From: Callorhinchus milii
Lineage: Eukaryota
Reading direction: 5' to 3'
Length of the DNA stretch: 64,000 nucleotides
NCBI RefSeq assembly: GCF_018977255.1
Contig: NW_024704743.1
Coordinates: forward strand, 91,948,001 to 92,012,000
Positions 11,975 through 24,056 of the stretch are shown here, in pieces (positions within the stretch are counted from its first letter, which is position 1; each line of letters begins with the position of its first letter). The notes under the pieces were generated by a model that was not told where the DNA came from, ran no database searches, and saw only the letters and a list, made by a program, of their open reading frames with translations. The position numbers and the translations under genes were made by a program.

Positions 11975-12098
11975 CTTCCTCTTCGACCATACATATAGTC
12001 ACTTCCCATCTCTTCCAGCTCAGTGTCAAGCTCCACTGTTAAGCACACAGAGATTCTGCCCCACATGAAGGCTGCTATATAAATGCAAGTTGTTGTTG
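11975..12098 (+). mobile_element. Old L2 3' tail
   Basis: cttcctcttcgacc...gctatataaatgcaagttgttgttg. Confidence 0.7.
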
Positions 12099-12863
12099 AA
12101 ATTCTGTAGATTAATGTGCTGCTTAATTCCCTTAATCAATAATGTAAATGAAAGCAAGGGCACATTTCTTCATTTTCGATTTCAGGTCAGCAAAATTTCA
12201 AGGACTATTGTTGCATTTACAAGAACATTTGCGAAAAACGCTCAGCACCTTAATGATTACAAAAGCTCACGGATGACTTCTTTTGGAAGTGAATGGAAGT
12301 TATCATGTATCTGAATGTGTTTCTCACAGAATTTGATGAACTATACAGTTCAATATTGATTATGAATGTCCCTAAACTAAGAAAGACCCCATTTAATATT
12401 TATGTATAAACCAATGGCCATGAACTGCTAAAAAGCTGTTGTACATGTTCATGAACAATTAACCATGAAACGTCAGCAGGTTTCAAATGAGCTTCATGAA
12501 TTATCCATAATCAATTTATCTGCTTGTCAGATCCTTATAGGCTGACCAGTAGTTAATTGTGTTGTCAGGCAAATCTTAAGAACAAACTTAAAATTCTCAA
12601 ATGTCAATAAATAGGAGCAGAACGAATGTTCTGCTAAAATAAATATCATTGTCCTTCAATATGAACTGCATTATTATTGTTAAAGTGTGTAAATGAAGTT
12701 TAAAACAAGGACCTTTGTGTTGATTAAGGTTATTGCCTTATATTTTAAATCAACGTTATATCCGCTATTCAAGTACGGTGCCTACTCATACAAGGTGGCC
12801 TCATTTATCAATCTGATGAATGTCTCTTCCCTTTCTTTGGGAGCAACCAGATGAATTGCAATG

Positions 12864-13387
12864 ATCATAGAATCATAGAATGTTACGGCACAGAAGGAGG
12901 CCATTCGGCCCATCGAGTCTGTGCCGGCTCTTTGACAGAGCAACTGACTTTTATTAACCCCACTCACCAACTTTCTCCCCATAACCCTGCAAACCTGTCT
13001 TCTCCAGATACCTATCCAGTTCTCTCTTAAAAGTTGTTATCGAATCGGACTTCACTGCCCTTTCAGGCAGATCATTCCAAATTCTAACAACTCGCTGAGT
13101 GAAAACATTTCTTCTAACCTCCCCTCTGCTTCTTTTGGTAGATACCTTAAGACTGTGACCACGAGTCACAGACACACTTACCAGCGGAAACAGCTTTTCC
13201 CTATCTAGCCTGTCAAAACCTTTCATGATCTTGAAGACCTCTATCAGGTCCACGCGTAACCTTCTCTGCTTTAATGGGAAAAGTCCTAACTTCTCCAGCC
13301 TATCCTCATAGCTAAGCTTCCCCATTCCTGGTATCATTCTCGTGAATCTCCTCTGCACCCTTTCCAGTGCCTTAATATCCTTCCTGA
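12864..13387 (-). mobile_element. Young CR1 3' fragment (ORF2 C-terminus and 3'UTR)
   Basis: Uninterrupted ALERVQRRFTRMIPG...LSYEDRLEKLGLF...FTQRVVRIWNDLP. (TTCTATGA)n tail. Confidence 0.95.
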
Positions 13388-15079
13388 TATTGTTAACTAT
13401 TGTTATCAAAGTCAAAGTGCTGGTCTTATCTAAGTTCTTATGTTAAACGACTGTGGACAAAAACAGGAGAGATTCTAAAAGAATGACAGAAAATGTGCTC
13501 CCATAAGAACATAAGAAATGTTTGGTGAAAAAAGACCAAGTTCCAACTAGTTCGCCTTCCACTTTCCTGGCAGTTACATGCACATATGTCCTAAACTACC
13601 TATGTAGCTCCCAAATTAAGACCGAATTTAAGAATCTTCTAAAATTCTGCAATGACCCCAAATTTTAGCAAAATAATCTTAGGGCTAAAGCTATGAGAAA
13701 TTTATGTCTCAACTGCATTAAGCTATTTAACTACAATATGGTAAAACAGATTTGGATAAAAGAACTAAAGTGGAACAACGTGTCAACATATAGATAGGAA
13801 CAAGAATTAAATTTAAGTGATTGAGCATTCTTTTGAACTTGTCTTGATCATTTAAGAAAGTGAAAACTATTTAAAACATCTAAGAAGATAGAACCAGGTG
13901 TCGAAGAGCCATTTCGATTTTACACATCAATAAGAAATGACCTTGAAACACTGAATACACTGCTATTGTAACAAATTTATGAAGATATTTCTGTAAAGAA
14001 CTCAATAAAATCCACGGGCCTGAAAATCTTCATGTTTTTATTCTTGAAACCATTCTATTAAAATTGAAGATAAAGAGTAAAATTTTAGAAAGTTCTTCAA
14101 TTCAACCTTCATTTGGTGTCTGATTATCCACATACGGAGAATTTAAACAGAATCTAAGATTTTTCCGAAACATTACCACAATCTTAAATTTCAAGACAAT
14201 GATCTTAAGGTTAAAACAATGTATATTTCAAGTCTCATGTATGAGATGAGAGAGAAGTCTCATATATATATGAAAGGAGTATGGGGAAAGGCTTAGTAGG
14301 GGGGTTTAAGAGAGGTGAGGTGTATGTGCAGTATAAACACCAGCATGAACCAATTGAGCCAAATAGCCTGTTTCAATGCTGTAATGGTATTTAATTCTAT
14401 ATTTAACAATTTGTCAACTGTTAACATTTCTGTAATAATGGTATTTTGCAAATAAATTATATGTTGTTACATTAATGCATTCATAGAATTAACATATTAA
14501 ACCTAAGTTTCCTTATTTATTTTCCTATGGAAGCTAATAACCACTGTGTCATGTTTCAGTGAATGGAGGTTTGATTTGACAAAGAAGCAATAATTAATGC
14601 AAAGCTTCAGTATTATATCTCAATGTTAATCTGCCTCATCATCATTGTCATGAACTTCAGCTATTGACAATGGGTGGCCATAAGTAAAATTGCTGTTATT
14701 TAATAGCCTCCTATAATAGCTCTTTCCTCCTATATATATCATTTCAACTCATTGGGTTTGAATAGATTTTTACGTGGTAATCAACCCCAAGGCATATCTC
14801 TGTGACTGTGCTTTTGGTCACCTTTCCCCTCCTCAACCCCTTGCATTCCATCCCCAGCTTGACTGCCCATTCAGCCCCATTAAGCACTATCATGTCTTCC
14901 CAACAAGAAAAGTCCTACATAAATGTAGATTGAATCCTTTAATGAACAATGAAAGAACAGGAGATGCAGTGTCAGAACCTTGTAATGAAGAGTTTTTCAA
15001 TAAAAAAATATTCGCAGACACATCTAAAAGAGATGTGATCTTTGACCTTTTCCAGTCCTGCTGGGGAACATTAGAAAAA

Positions 15080-15480
15080 AAAATCAGAAGAGGCCATTCA
15101 GTCCAGCAAACCTCACCACTGAAATGCAATAACTCTCTTATTACAATTTTCATGATATTTTGAATAGCCATAATGATTTCAATTACCTTTCAATTAGCCA
15201 ATTACCTTTCTTGGTAGATTATTCCAAAACATTATTATAGTACTTTGAATAAATACGTTTTCTTCCCTCCTGGTATCTCTTCCAGATTGACTTTTCATTT
15301 GAGGTATGTTCTCTGGTCCTAATTCTTGGCTTATTTTGCAGTAATAGTCCTAGTTTACCTTATCTATGTTATTTATTATTATATGCCTCGATGAGCGCAC
15401 TTCCCTTGAACAGTCTGTGAGAAAATCAAACTGGAAACCTTACATTTCTGTAATCGTGCTTCATAGCTCACCCGCTTAGG
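15080..15480 (-). mobile_element. Very old CR1 3' fragment
   Basis: cagaagaggccattcagtccagc tail. Decayed attccaaaac, ctctggtcct and cttcatagctc blocks colinear with 12864-13387. Confidence 0.5.
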
Positions 15481-15544
15481 ATCAGTATCCTGTCATTTTT
15501 TTCAATTTTTTTTCTAGGAGGCTGCAGACTTCACCAACTTGTTG

Positions 15545-15770
15545 GAGATGCTGTTCTTCGTATGAGACACTAAACTTCTGGTGGATGTTGAGGATCACAT
15601 GACACTGTTCAGAAAGAGAAATTGTCTTGGCCAACCATCAAGTGCACAAATTAGTTTCTGTATTCATTAAAAATATGCAGGCACCTCACAGTAAATTCCT
15701 GTTAAGTGCTTTGAGATGTCGCACCAATGTGATAAGGTGCTATATCAATTGCACAGATTATTATTGTTGT
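15545..15770 (+). mobile_element. Decayed Deu-SINE, 3' two-thirds
   Basis: tatgagacactaaac...ggatgttgaggatcacatgacactg...gtgctatatcaattgcacagattattatt. Confidence 0.65.
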
Positions 15771-16214
15771 ATGAGTTAGTACTGAATAATCTGCCTGGAT
15801 CCTGAGATTGCATTCTTGTCCTTCACCTAAACTTGAAAGACAATGGTTATGTAGAATATATTGCTTGGGGAAATAGGTAATTGGATCTCTATAGGATCAA
15901 GCTGGCTTTACTGTGACACACTTTTTGAAGAGAGAGTGCAGCTGATCAACCCTTTGCACTCAACTGAGTAAGACACATCTGCAATATTTCAGGGCATTAT
16001 TGATGATAGATTGGCCTCCTGGATTCAACAGTAGAACATGGAGGGGTATTAGATATGTCTAGTGGGAGCAGAATTGACATTCAGCTACTGATAACTTTGC
16101 CAGCCAATTGTCCTTTAGGTGGTCAATCAGCCCCAATCTCACCAGTGCCTTATACTGGCTTTGGCTTCTACACTTCAGTTCTCAGACACAGAGGATTGAG
16201 GAATGCTGAAATCC

Positions 16215-16915
16215 TGTCCCATTTTAGACTGCGTGTCCACTTTGAATTCAAGATCCTCGTCCTCAATTTCAAGGCCTTCCATGGCCTTGCTCCCTCCTAC
16301 CTCTCTGACCTGGTGACTCCCTACCAACCTGCCCGCTCCCTCCATTCAGCGGGCTCCGGCCTGCTACATTTCTCCCGCCCGATCCGCCCTACCATCGGTG
16401 GCCGGGCTTTCAGCCTCTCTGCCCCCACACACTGGAACTCCATCCTTCAATGCCTTTGCCTCGCTTCCTCCCTTGCCTCCTTCAAGGAGTCCTGTAGCTC
16501 AGTGGTTAGAGCACTCGCTTTGCAAGCGAGAGACCTGAGTTCAATTCCAGGCAGGGCGAAACCTTGGGCAAGTTTCCTTACTCCACACACCTAATAATAA
16601 TCCCTCCAAAAACCAAAAACAATAATAAATTGGTCATTTTCAATCTACGACTGTTTGTGGGACATTGCTGTGCGCAATTGGCTGCCGCGTTCGCCCGCAA
16701 ATATAGTCAATTCACTTTACAGTGTGTTCTGTGAAGCGCTTTGGGACGTCCTCCCGACGTGAAAAGCGCTATATCAAATGCAAGGATTATTATTATTATT
16801 ATTATTCAAGGCCAGTCTCAAGACCCTCCTCTTCAATCGTGCCTTCAGTCACCCTCCCGCCTTTCTGCCTTCCCTCACCCCTACACCTACCCCACCCCTC
16901 CCCATGCTCGGGTCC
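16215..16915 (+). mobile_element. L2 3' fragment interrupted by a young SINE
   Basis: FKILVLNFKAFHGLAPSYLSDL...GGRAFSLSAPTHWNS. Resumes after the SINE as ttcaaggccagtctcaagaccctcctc. Confidence 0.9.
16486..16806 (+). mobile_element. Young tRNA-Ala(UGC)-derived chimeric SINE, short variant
   Basis: A box TAGCTCAGTGG, anticodon arm CTCGC-TTTGCAA-GCGAG, B box GAGTTCAATTCC, (ATT)n tail. TSD TTCAAGG at 16481-16487 and 16805-16811. Confidence 0.95.
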
Positions 16916-16919
16916 TGGA

Positions 16920-17112
16920 GAGAATAACTCCAACTCATCTAGATTTATTTTATTTAAGCAGCATTTTAAAATGCCCAGAATTTAGTAAATTCTTAAAAAT
17001 AGCTTTAACTCTGAAGCCAGTTTTCTGTAAGTTTCTTTGACAACTACAGAAAAAAATTGAAAGTTTTGACTGAATTCAACAATTTGCAAAACTCTAGATG
17101 CTCTAAAATGTT
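16920..17112. mobile_element. Palindromic MITE-like element, family M1
   Basis: tctagatttattttattt...aaatgcccagaattt...actctagatgctctaaaatg. Homologous to 23877-24056 and 38114-38292. Confidence 0.65.
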
Positions 17113-17115
17113 AAT

Positions 17116-17185
17116 ACCAACAACAATAAGATTACATCTGTATAGCGCCTTTCACATCGGGAGGACATCCCAAGGTACTGGACAG
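17116..17185 (-). mobile_element. L2 3' tail
   Basis: caacaataagattacatctgtatagcgcctttcacatcgggaggacatcccaagg. Confidence 0.8.
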
Positions 17186-18444
17186 TGTGCAGCATTTCAG
17201 AATAAATAGAGCACATCTCAATCCACGTCAATCTTTTTGTATATAATGCTTATAACTTTGAAATGTCTCAAACTTCTGCTCTCAACTTTGGTGATTGTAT
17301 ATTTGTCACAAGTAGTTATTTGTTAAAATACATTTGCCAATTGCCTATGGTTTGCCTATGAAAAAGAGAACAAGGATTGTTTTAAAGAAGTGAAAGGAGA
17401 AGGAAGTACTCTCAATGGGAAGTAACTTTCCACTTAAATCTCCCACTGGCTATTTATGAGGAATAATCTCTTTGTGAATAGCTGCTCTGGATCTGTCATC
17501 AGAACATTTCACAAGAGTGAATGTATTCTGCTTACATCACTTATGGGCATTGTCAGTGAATTTGTCTGCCATGTACAGTTCATCATAAGTTTCAATTTCC
17601 TGGATATCATTTGCGGCTCTGAGTTACTTTCCTTATGCAGCACTATGGAGTTCTGATAGCAATTGACAACAGAACTTATAGGTTCTGGTTTAGGAAGCAA
17701 ATCTTTGCATCAGAATCCAATAATTTAAACTTATGTAATACCTTATTTCCCTCAGCTGTTCATGATACCGAAAGAGGTCCCTAGGTCTTACCTGCTTTCA
17801 TGAAATAGATTTCTGGTTATAGATATATATGGAGCCATTCATTGAAATATAGGTTTCACAAATAAATTTGCATTATGTGATCTGTGAGAGACAAACCAAA
17901 CAGTGCATTAATATCATAAACAAACTGGGGTCAATTTAGTAACAATGGATATCGGATCATGGCAACTTGCTGGTTAGCTGGATACTCTTTCTCTTTGTTT
18001 TTTTAATTTGCTGCAAAGTATCCTACTAACCTCCAACAATCATTTGCCATAAATCCAGTGCTTTATAGATATCACTATTGAGAGCCTGTGGGTGGGGGAA
18101 GAGGGAGAACCACAACACACACATCTGGGTACATTAGACACCTTAAACATTGCTAAACTAATTGCTAAACTAACCCGAATGCATCTCATTACAACTACCT
18201 TCACCTTTAAATCATGTAATCAATGCTGTCTTGAATTCTCTGGGATCCAGGAAGAGGGTCCATAGCCACATCCAAGTGCAAATTTGTCTCAATATTTCCA
18301 GTGCCATGTGACACTGTGACATAAATGTCATAAATGTCATAAATGACATAGATGTCAAAGAAGTGAGAAATGGAAGACAGAAAAGTATGAGAGTAAATAG
18401 CACAATTTTAGACAGAAGAACTTTCATCTGATGCAATGTTTACT

Positions 18445-18595
18445 TTATTCATGTAGCATTTTAAAGCGCCAGACTTGCTAAATTCTCAAATACAGCCTTA
18501 ATTTTGAAGACTGTTAACTTATTTTAAGAACTACAGAAAACTGGCCTCTAAGTTACGACTGAATTCAGCAATTTGCCAAATTGTAAATACAAACA
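18445..18595. mobile_element. MITE-like family M1 copy
   Basis: ttattcatgtagcattttaaagcgccagacttgctaaattc...ctacagaaaactgg...ctgaattcagcaatttgccaaatt. Confidence 0.55.
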
Positions 18596-18635
18596 GAATT
18601 TCAATTGTGAAAGCAATTGCATGCAACAAGAATCA

Positions 18636-18830
18636 TCAACAACAACAACAAAAAAATTACATTTCTATAGCACCTTTCACGTCAGGAGGATGTCCCAAGG
18701 TGCTGGACAATCAGGGTTTCGGACCCGAGCTGGGGGTCAAGATTGGGGAGGGTGGAGGGCAGATTGATCGAAAGCACGTTCGAAGAGGAGGATCTTGAGA
18801 CGAGTTTTGAAGGAGGCCAGGGAGGTGTAA
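18636..18830 (-). mobile_element. L2 3' fragment
   Basis: (CAA)n tail, cacctttcacgtcaggaggatgtcccaagg, cgaagaggaggatcttgag. Confidence 0.85.
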
Positions 18831-19294
18831 AGCAGATGTCTTTAAATAATTCACAAATTGGAGGAAAAATCCATCAAATAATTTTAAAATTTAAATATCA
18901 GAAGTAAAATATTGGATTTAAAAAGATAAAAGAGCTCAGATACAGATTAAAATTCATTTGGCTGTTCAATACGTCTGTGAGTGAAATGCTAATTTCTGAC
19001 CTTTTCATTTTTTATAGAAAGAGTTTATGGAACATTTTAATGAGACAGTAGAGACCAATGCTTCATGGTAACAGGCACTTTTGTAACAGATCACAAAGAA
19101 TTATAATAACAGTCATACGTGCATAGCAACATGGAGAAGTATGGCATTCTAATTTTTACCATTTTGCACATCAATAAAGTTCAATTCCCCTAAAAAGTTA
19201 TTTAAACTGAGCATTTTTGCCTGAAGGACAAGGCAGGAGCAACAATCAAGAAGGGACAGGTCAAAAATATCCACTTGATAAAAAGATACAGCTT

Positions 19295-19458
19295 GGGTTT
19301 CATGTCCTGTCTGAGGGGACACCACCTCCAAAAATGCAACTCTCTTCAGGACATCAGTGGTGCATCAATCGAGAATGAGCTCAAGCCCTGATATGGAGTC
19401 TGCAAATCACACATTTGATACACAGGTGAGAATGGTACCAACTGATCCAGGCTGGCAC
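19295..19458 (-). mobile_element. Decayed tRNA-Deu SINE, 5' half
   Basis: Colinear with 5720-5880 (cacctccaaaaatgcaac...gagaatggtaccaactgatccaggctg). Confidence 0.55.
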
Positions 19459-20010
19459 TTGGTAAAGGTAAAAAGGGTTTCCTTTAGCCTCCCATAATCT
19501 AATGTTGAGCATGTTAAGTGAGATGTCTCAGTTGGAATTATTTTCTGAAGTGCACATTTTAGTTAATGGCGACTGAAAACCTGACCCACAGTTAGAGTGT
19601 ATTTATCACTTGGGGTGACAGGCAAGGTCAATTACATAATACAGAGATATAATTTATTCCTCTCATTCTCCATGCTCTCCAGTTAATTTGTCTGTTCCCT
19701 TAATGGTTGCTTTGTTCCATACACAGAGACATAAAAGAGCTTCCCCTGGTTGATTAGATGTATTAAATTGCTTCTCTTAAGTGAAGTTAGTCTGTGCGAT
19801 CATCAAATGTAAACTCATTGAGTCATAATATTTATTTCATGAGCTAAATATTTACAAATACAGTAATTTCTTACAAATAATTTGATAATCCTTATCATAT
19901 GTAAGTATCATATTAAATAGCAACTACTACACTTGAGAGCAATTACATATGAAGTGCTTTGAGATATGTCTAAGTTACAGGAACTAGGACATTTGAATGG
20001 GGTTGGTTGG

Positions 20011-20615
20011 GGAGGGGTATAACGGGGATTTATGGGAGCTGAACTGACTCCGAGATTAATTGCTTGACAACAGTGTCAGAATTGAGTCAATCCTTTGTAG
20101 TAGTCTTGTTTGTCTGGTTCCTGAGCTCGACAGATCTGCAGTACTCCAGGGCACTGCTGGCCAGCTTATAGGGGCAGATCAGAGTTGTTGAGGGGAGAAA
20201 TTCTTCCCATTCATATCCCGATAATCTTGCAAGCTAATGCTTTAATGGGTATTGTGGACCTAGTTGGCCAAGCCAGACAATGCTTTAAATGGCAAATTAT
20301 ACGTGTTTAGTTGGTTAAACTCCAGCAATATTCTAATGTATGCTCTGGGGCCTCCTAGTCTTGGGTCTTGCCAACATGCACATAATACTCTCTGGAATTA
20401 AGTAATCAGGGTATTTCTGTCCAGTGAGAATGCACACTCCATTCCAAACAGAAGGAAACTTCCTTGTGTAAGTGGCATGCCTATGCAGAACTCTCCATCT
20501 GGTTCAGATACTCATGGTGCATGGTTGTCCATAGACATGCCTCAAAGCATTTCACAAGTAAACATGGTGATGGGTTTCCATATGTGTCAGACATCCTGTT
20601 GACAAAAAGAAAATA
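20011..20615 (+). repeat. Unclassified ~600-bp interspersed repeat (family U), full length
   Basis: Colinear with the reverse complement of 45058-45654, from gtataa...ggagctgaact to gggtttcc...tgtcagacatcc...gacaaaaagaaaata. Confidence 0.75.
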
Positions 20616-20630
20616 CAATAGTTATTAAAA

Positions 20631-20810
20631 ATAGAATCATAGAATCATAGAATATTATAATACAGAAGAAGGCCACTTAGCCCATCAGTCCCATTCCCCT
20701 GCTCTTTCCCGATATTTTTTCCTTTTCATGTACCTATCTAATTCCATTTTGAAAGTTGTTGTTGAATCTGTCTCCATCATCCTTTCAGGCAGTGCATACC
20801 AGACCGTAAC
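20631..20810 (-). mobile_element. CR1 3' fragment
   Basis: (ATAGAATC)n on the + strand. Translation WYALPE...TTFKMELDRYM. Confidence 0.85.
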
Positions 20811-21959
20811 AAAACTTAAATGGTTAAGTTTTGGATCAGGTGGCCAGGAGTAATTCCTGACTTTTGAAAATGTGCCAATATCTTTGTGATCACAGTAAAA
20901 CATTGTGAGTTTTAACTCCACTGGTTGTCATCAATATCAACATAACAGAGGAAATTATCAATGATACCAATTACATTTATGCAGTCAATCCATACTAATG
21001 TACATGCATGAGGTTACTTGCTTTATATAGCATTCATACATTACTTCACTGACAAATTATTTTGAGACCTGAAGGGGCAATAGCAAATAAACCGTGATGT
21101 TAAATTGAGTTCAGTCCAATTATTTTCATCCATTTTACATCCAAATAGGTTTGCATAGGTCAATGTAGCAATCAGAATTGTATTTTGTTCATATACTGGG
21201 CCCAGCTCTGTTTATTTAATATGCACAGAATGTTTTTGATATCCACTCTTGCGTTCAGACTGATAAATTGAAAATTCTGAGTTTCAACTGGCTTTCAAAG
21301 TTAATTTATATTTTTAGATAAATAGTTATAAATTTTCTTACCAGCTAAAGTTCCATTTTATGTTGATATGATATTTCCAGGCTATTTTCAATGCCCAATT
21401 TCCTGACATTTTATGTCTAATTCCTTTGGAGTAGGGAGCATGTGGTTGATAAATGTTAGGTGCTGTTGTGGAGTCTCAACCTCATTACTGTTAGTAAGAA
21501 TGAATATTTCATCATTAATATGTATGTAAAACTGCTTTCACACTATGAGTTAGTCTCCAGAGGCAATGTCTTTGGAGCCGAATACTATTATAAAATGAAC
21601 AGTTTTCCTAGCTCCAAACCCTACTCCCCCCAAGCCCAACCAAGAGTTGGAACTCCCATTGCCTCCATACACAGGAAAGTGTAACTTGCTGGTGAAAACT
21701 AGCAGAGTTGAAGTGATGTTTGTGAGGATGTCTTGACATAATTGTCTAAGTATCGCAATGACATCAATACATTTCCGTAAGCACAAACCATCATTTTTTT
21801 CAGTGACTTCTGGTGGCCAAATAACATTAGTGGAAAGAAAAAGAAAATATAGGAGCAAAGTTGTCTGATGTTCAGATGCTTCCCAGCCTCCTCTGCTACT
21901 ATTCTTGGGTAGCAGAGATCATTTCCAATGACAATTTGCACATGAACAAACATTTCAAC

Positions 21960-22300
21960 AATATTGGCTTCAGTCTTGAAAGAAGAGGACTTAAGGAGCT
22001 GGATAAAATTTTAAAACAGATTGAAAAAGCAAACCCAGAACAATATTTTAGAATGCATCAAGACAGTAGAACATGAGTACATAGGATTAGAGTTGCACGG
22101 GGCAATTGCAGGTCTGATACAAGGAGGCATTGTTTTTCTGTACTCAGAGCAGAATAAACAACTGGAAGAGGTTGCCAGGAAGGGTAGTTGAGGGCAGGGC
22201 ACTGGACTCGTTTAAAAATATGCTGTGATGGGGATAGAGTAAGGTGTGTGTTCTGGATGGATGACATCAGATGGGCCAAAGGGTCTACAAGATCCAGAAT
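21960..22300 (+). mobile_element. Old CR1 3' fragment
   Basis: FSLERRGLKELDKILK. cagatgggccaaagggtct tail. Confidence 0.7.
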
Positions 22301-23434
22301 CCTTCAGGATAAGGACATTAAATTTACTTAAGCACTTTACTTTAGCATTGTTTACTTCACAAACTGTAAATTAGCAGTACGGACTACCAGATCTTGGGAT
22401 AATCATTCTGATCAGCTGTTGGAATGTAAGACCAATTACAAAATGTAAAACCTAAGGATGTGATGACACTGTAAGATGGAAATATTTCAAGCTGTCTCAA
22501 CCAAGCATGTTTTGAGGGAGACGGCAAACAGATTTCTTTTACAAGGTCAATGTTTACGTGACTTGAAAAGTATGTATGTAAGAACAGAAGAGCAGAAGTG
22601 CAGACATATCATTGATGCATGCTACAAATTCAAAACCACACTCTTGATCACCCCTTCAGTCTTAAACTACTCTCCGTCGTTGTAAGCATAAATTGCAACT
22701 GCATAATGTGCTGCTTTAGCTTGATTTGGCTTTAGCCTGATAAGTAAAATAATTTAAATTAATATAACAACGTTTGTTTGATTTACTTTAGGGTCTCACA
22801 AATTCTAGTTAGCGTTACACAAAAGTAACAGATCACAGGCCTCTTCATCCAAACCAATCTTGTGATTGTGTGACATGATACCATCAAGACAACCATGAAT
22901 GGGTAATGTCATTTTCTATACTCCAAAAGTCCAAAAGTCTTGAGGCAGTATAAAAAAGCATTGCTGTAAGTATTTCAACGCTGGTAATCTTCCAGATCGC
23001 TAAAGAGTTAGCTAATAGATCATAATAAGATTGATTTTTGGCCTTTTGGCAACAGTTTTAAGTTTGTTTGATTACAGAAGTCAATCCGCAAGTTATCATA
23101 TTGACATGATCATGGCATCACTATTGACTTGGAACCAATGCAGTGTCAGCTCCTGTCTTTGGGCCGGGAGGCTGCTTTCAGGAGCTGGACTAACCTAACG
23201 AGAGCAGTGCTCCAGTTGCAGTGGAGCCTGGTTGAGGCACTGGACTGTGTAATTGGGGTATTTAGGTAACTGGATTTATGTAATTTGAACTTAGATGGAT
23301 GGATACCAAAAAAATCATGAATAGTGTTTTACCATCCTTTCCAGCATTTAACTAATTGTAATGTGAACTTAGTTAGTTACTCTAACTTCAGCCTTATGTT
23401 TAAATTTATTCTGGGTCTGTTCTATTCCAACCAA

Positions 23435-23530
23435 TTCTGATCACACCCAAGACGTTAACCCATTTTTCTCTTTTGGATGCTCAATGGCTGGTTGTTAATT
23501 TCCAACATTTTCTGTTTTTTTTATTTTGAG
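23435..23530 (+). mobile_element. Decayed Penelope-like terminal repeat
   Basis: ttctga...agacgttaac...ggatgct...atttccaacattttctgtttt, colinear with the reverse complement of 36870-36990. Confidence 0.5.
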
Positions 23531-23876
23531 ACCCTTTGGGCACTTTATCTTGACTATTCATTTGCTGCTCATCTGCAGTGGAAAGAGGTCAGCGATGTCT
23601 GTAATCTCGCAAACAAGTGATGTTCTGACTCATGCCTTAGGCTGGGCAATAGAGAATTTAAATGTGACTTTTCAAAGACTCTTAGAATACATAGAGCACA
23701 CGCCACATCAAGCAACTCCTGATTGTCTTCAAAAGCCCCAAGGTTTAATGTCTTAACATGCACACCTTTAATGAAACATAGCTGCTTGCCGAGCTACATT
23801 GATGAAAGAGGAGCTACAATAACCAGTCTGGCTGTTCAGATCATCCACTGGTCACCTATAGGGAGAAGTATTGCCC

Positions 23877-24056
23877 GATCTAGATTTATTCTATTTTCTT
23901 ATCATTTCATAACATCCAGAATTTGAAAAATTGTTGAATTTGATCTTACTTTTTAGGAACTACAGAAAATCGGTTTCAAAATTAAGGCTTGTTTTGTGCT
24001 TAACAATTTTCCAAAAGCTGGACATTCTCAAATAGAAAATAGAATAAATCTGGATC
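23877..24056. mobile_element. MITE-like family M1, best-preserved inverted ends
   Basis: gatctagatttattctatttt (23877-23897) versus aaaatagaataaatctggatc (24036-24056): 20/21 inverted match. Confidence 0.75.

Noticed and set aside
11752..12066. 104-aa minus-strand ORF
   Set aside because: The first third is antisense L2 tail and the remainder is not recognisable.
16486..16555. tRNA-Ala(UGC) gene
   Set aside because: No acceptor-stem pairing or terminator. It runs into a SINE body and recurs as a dispersed repeat.
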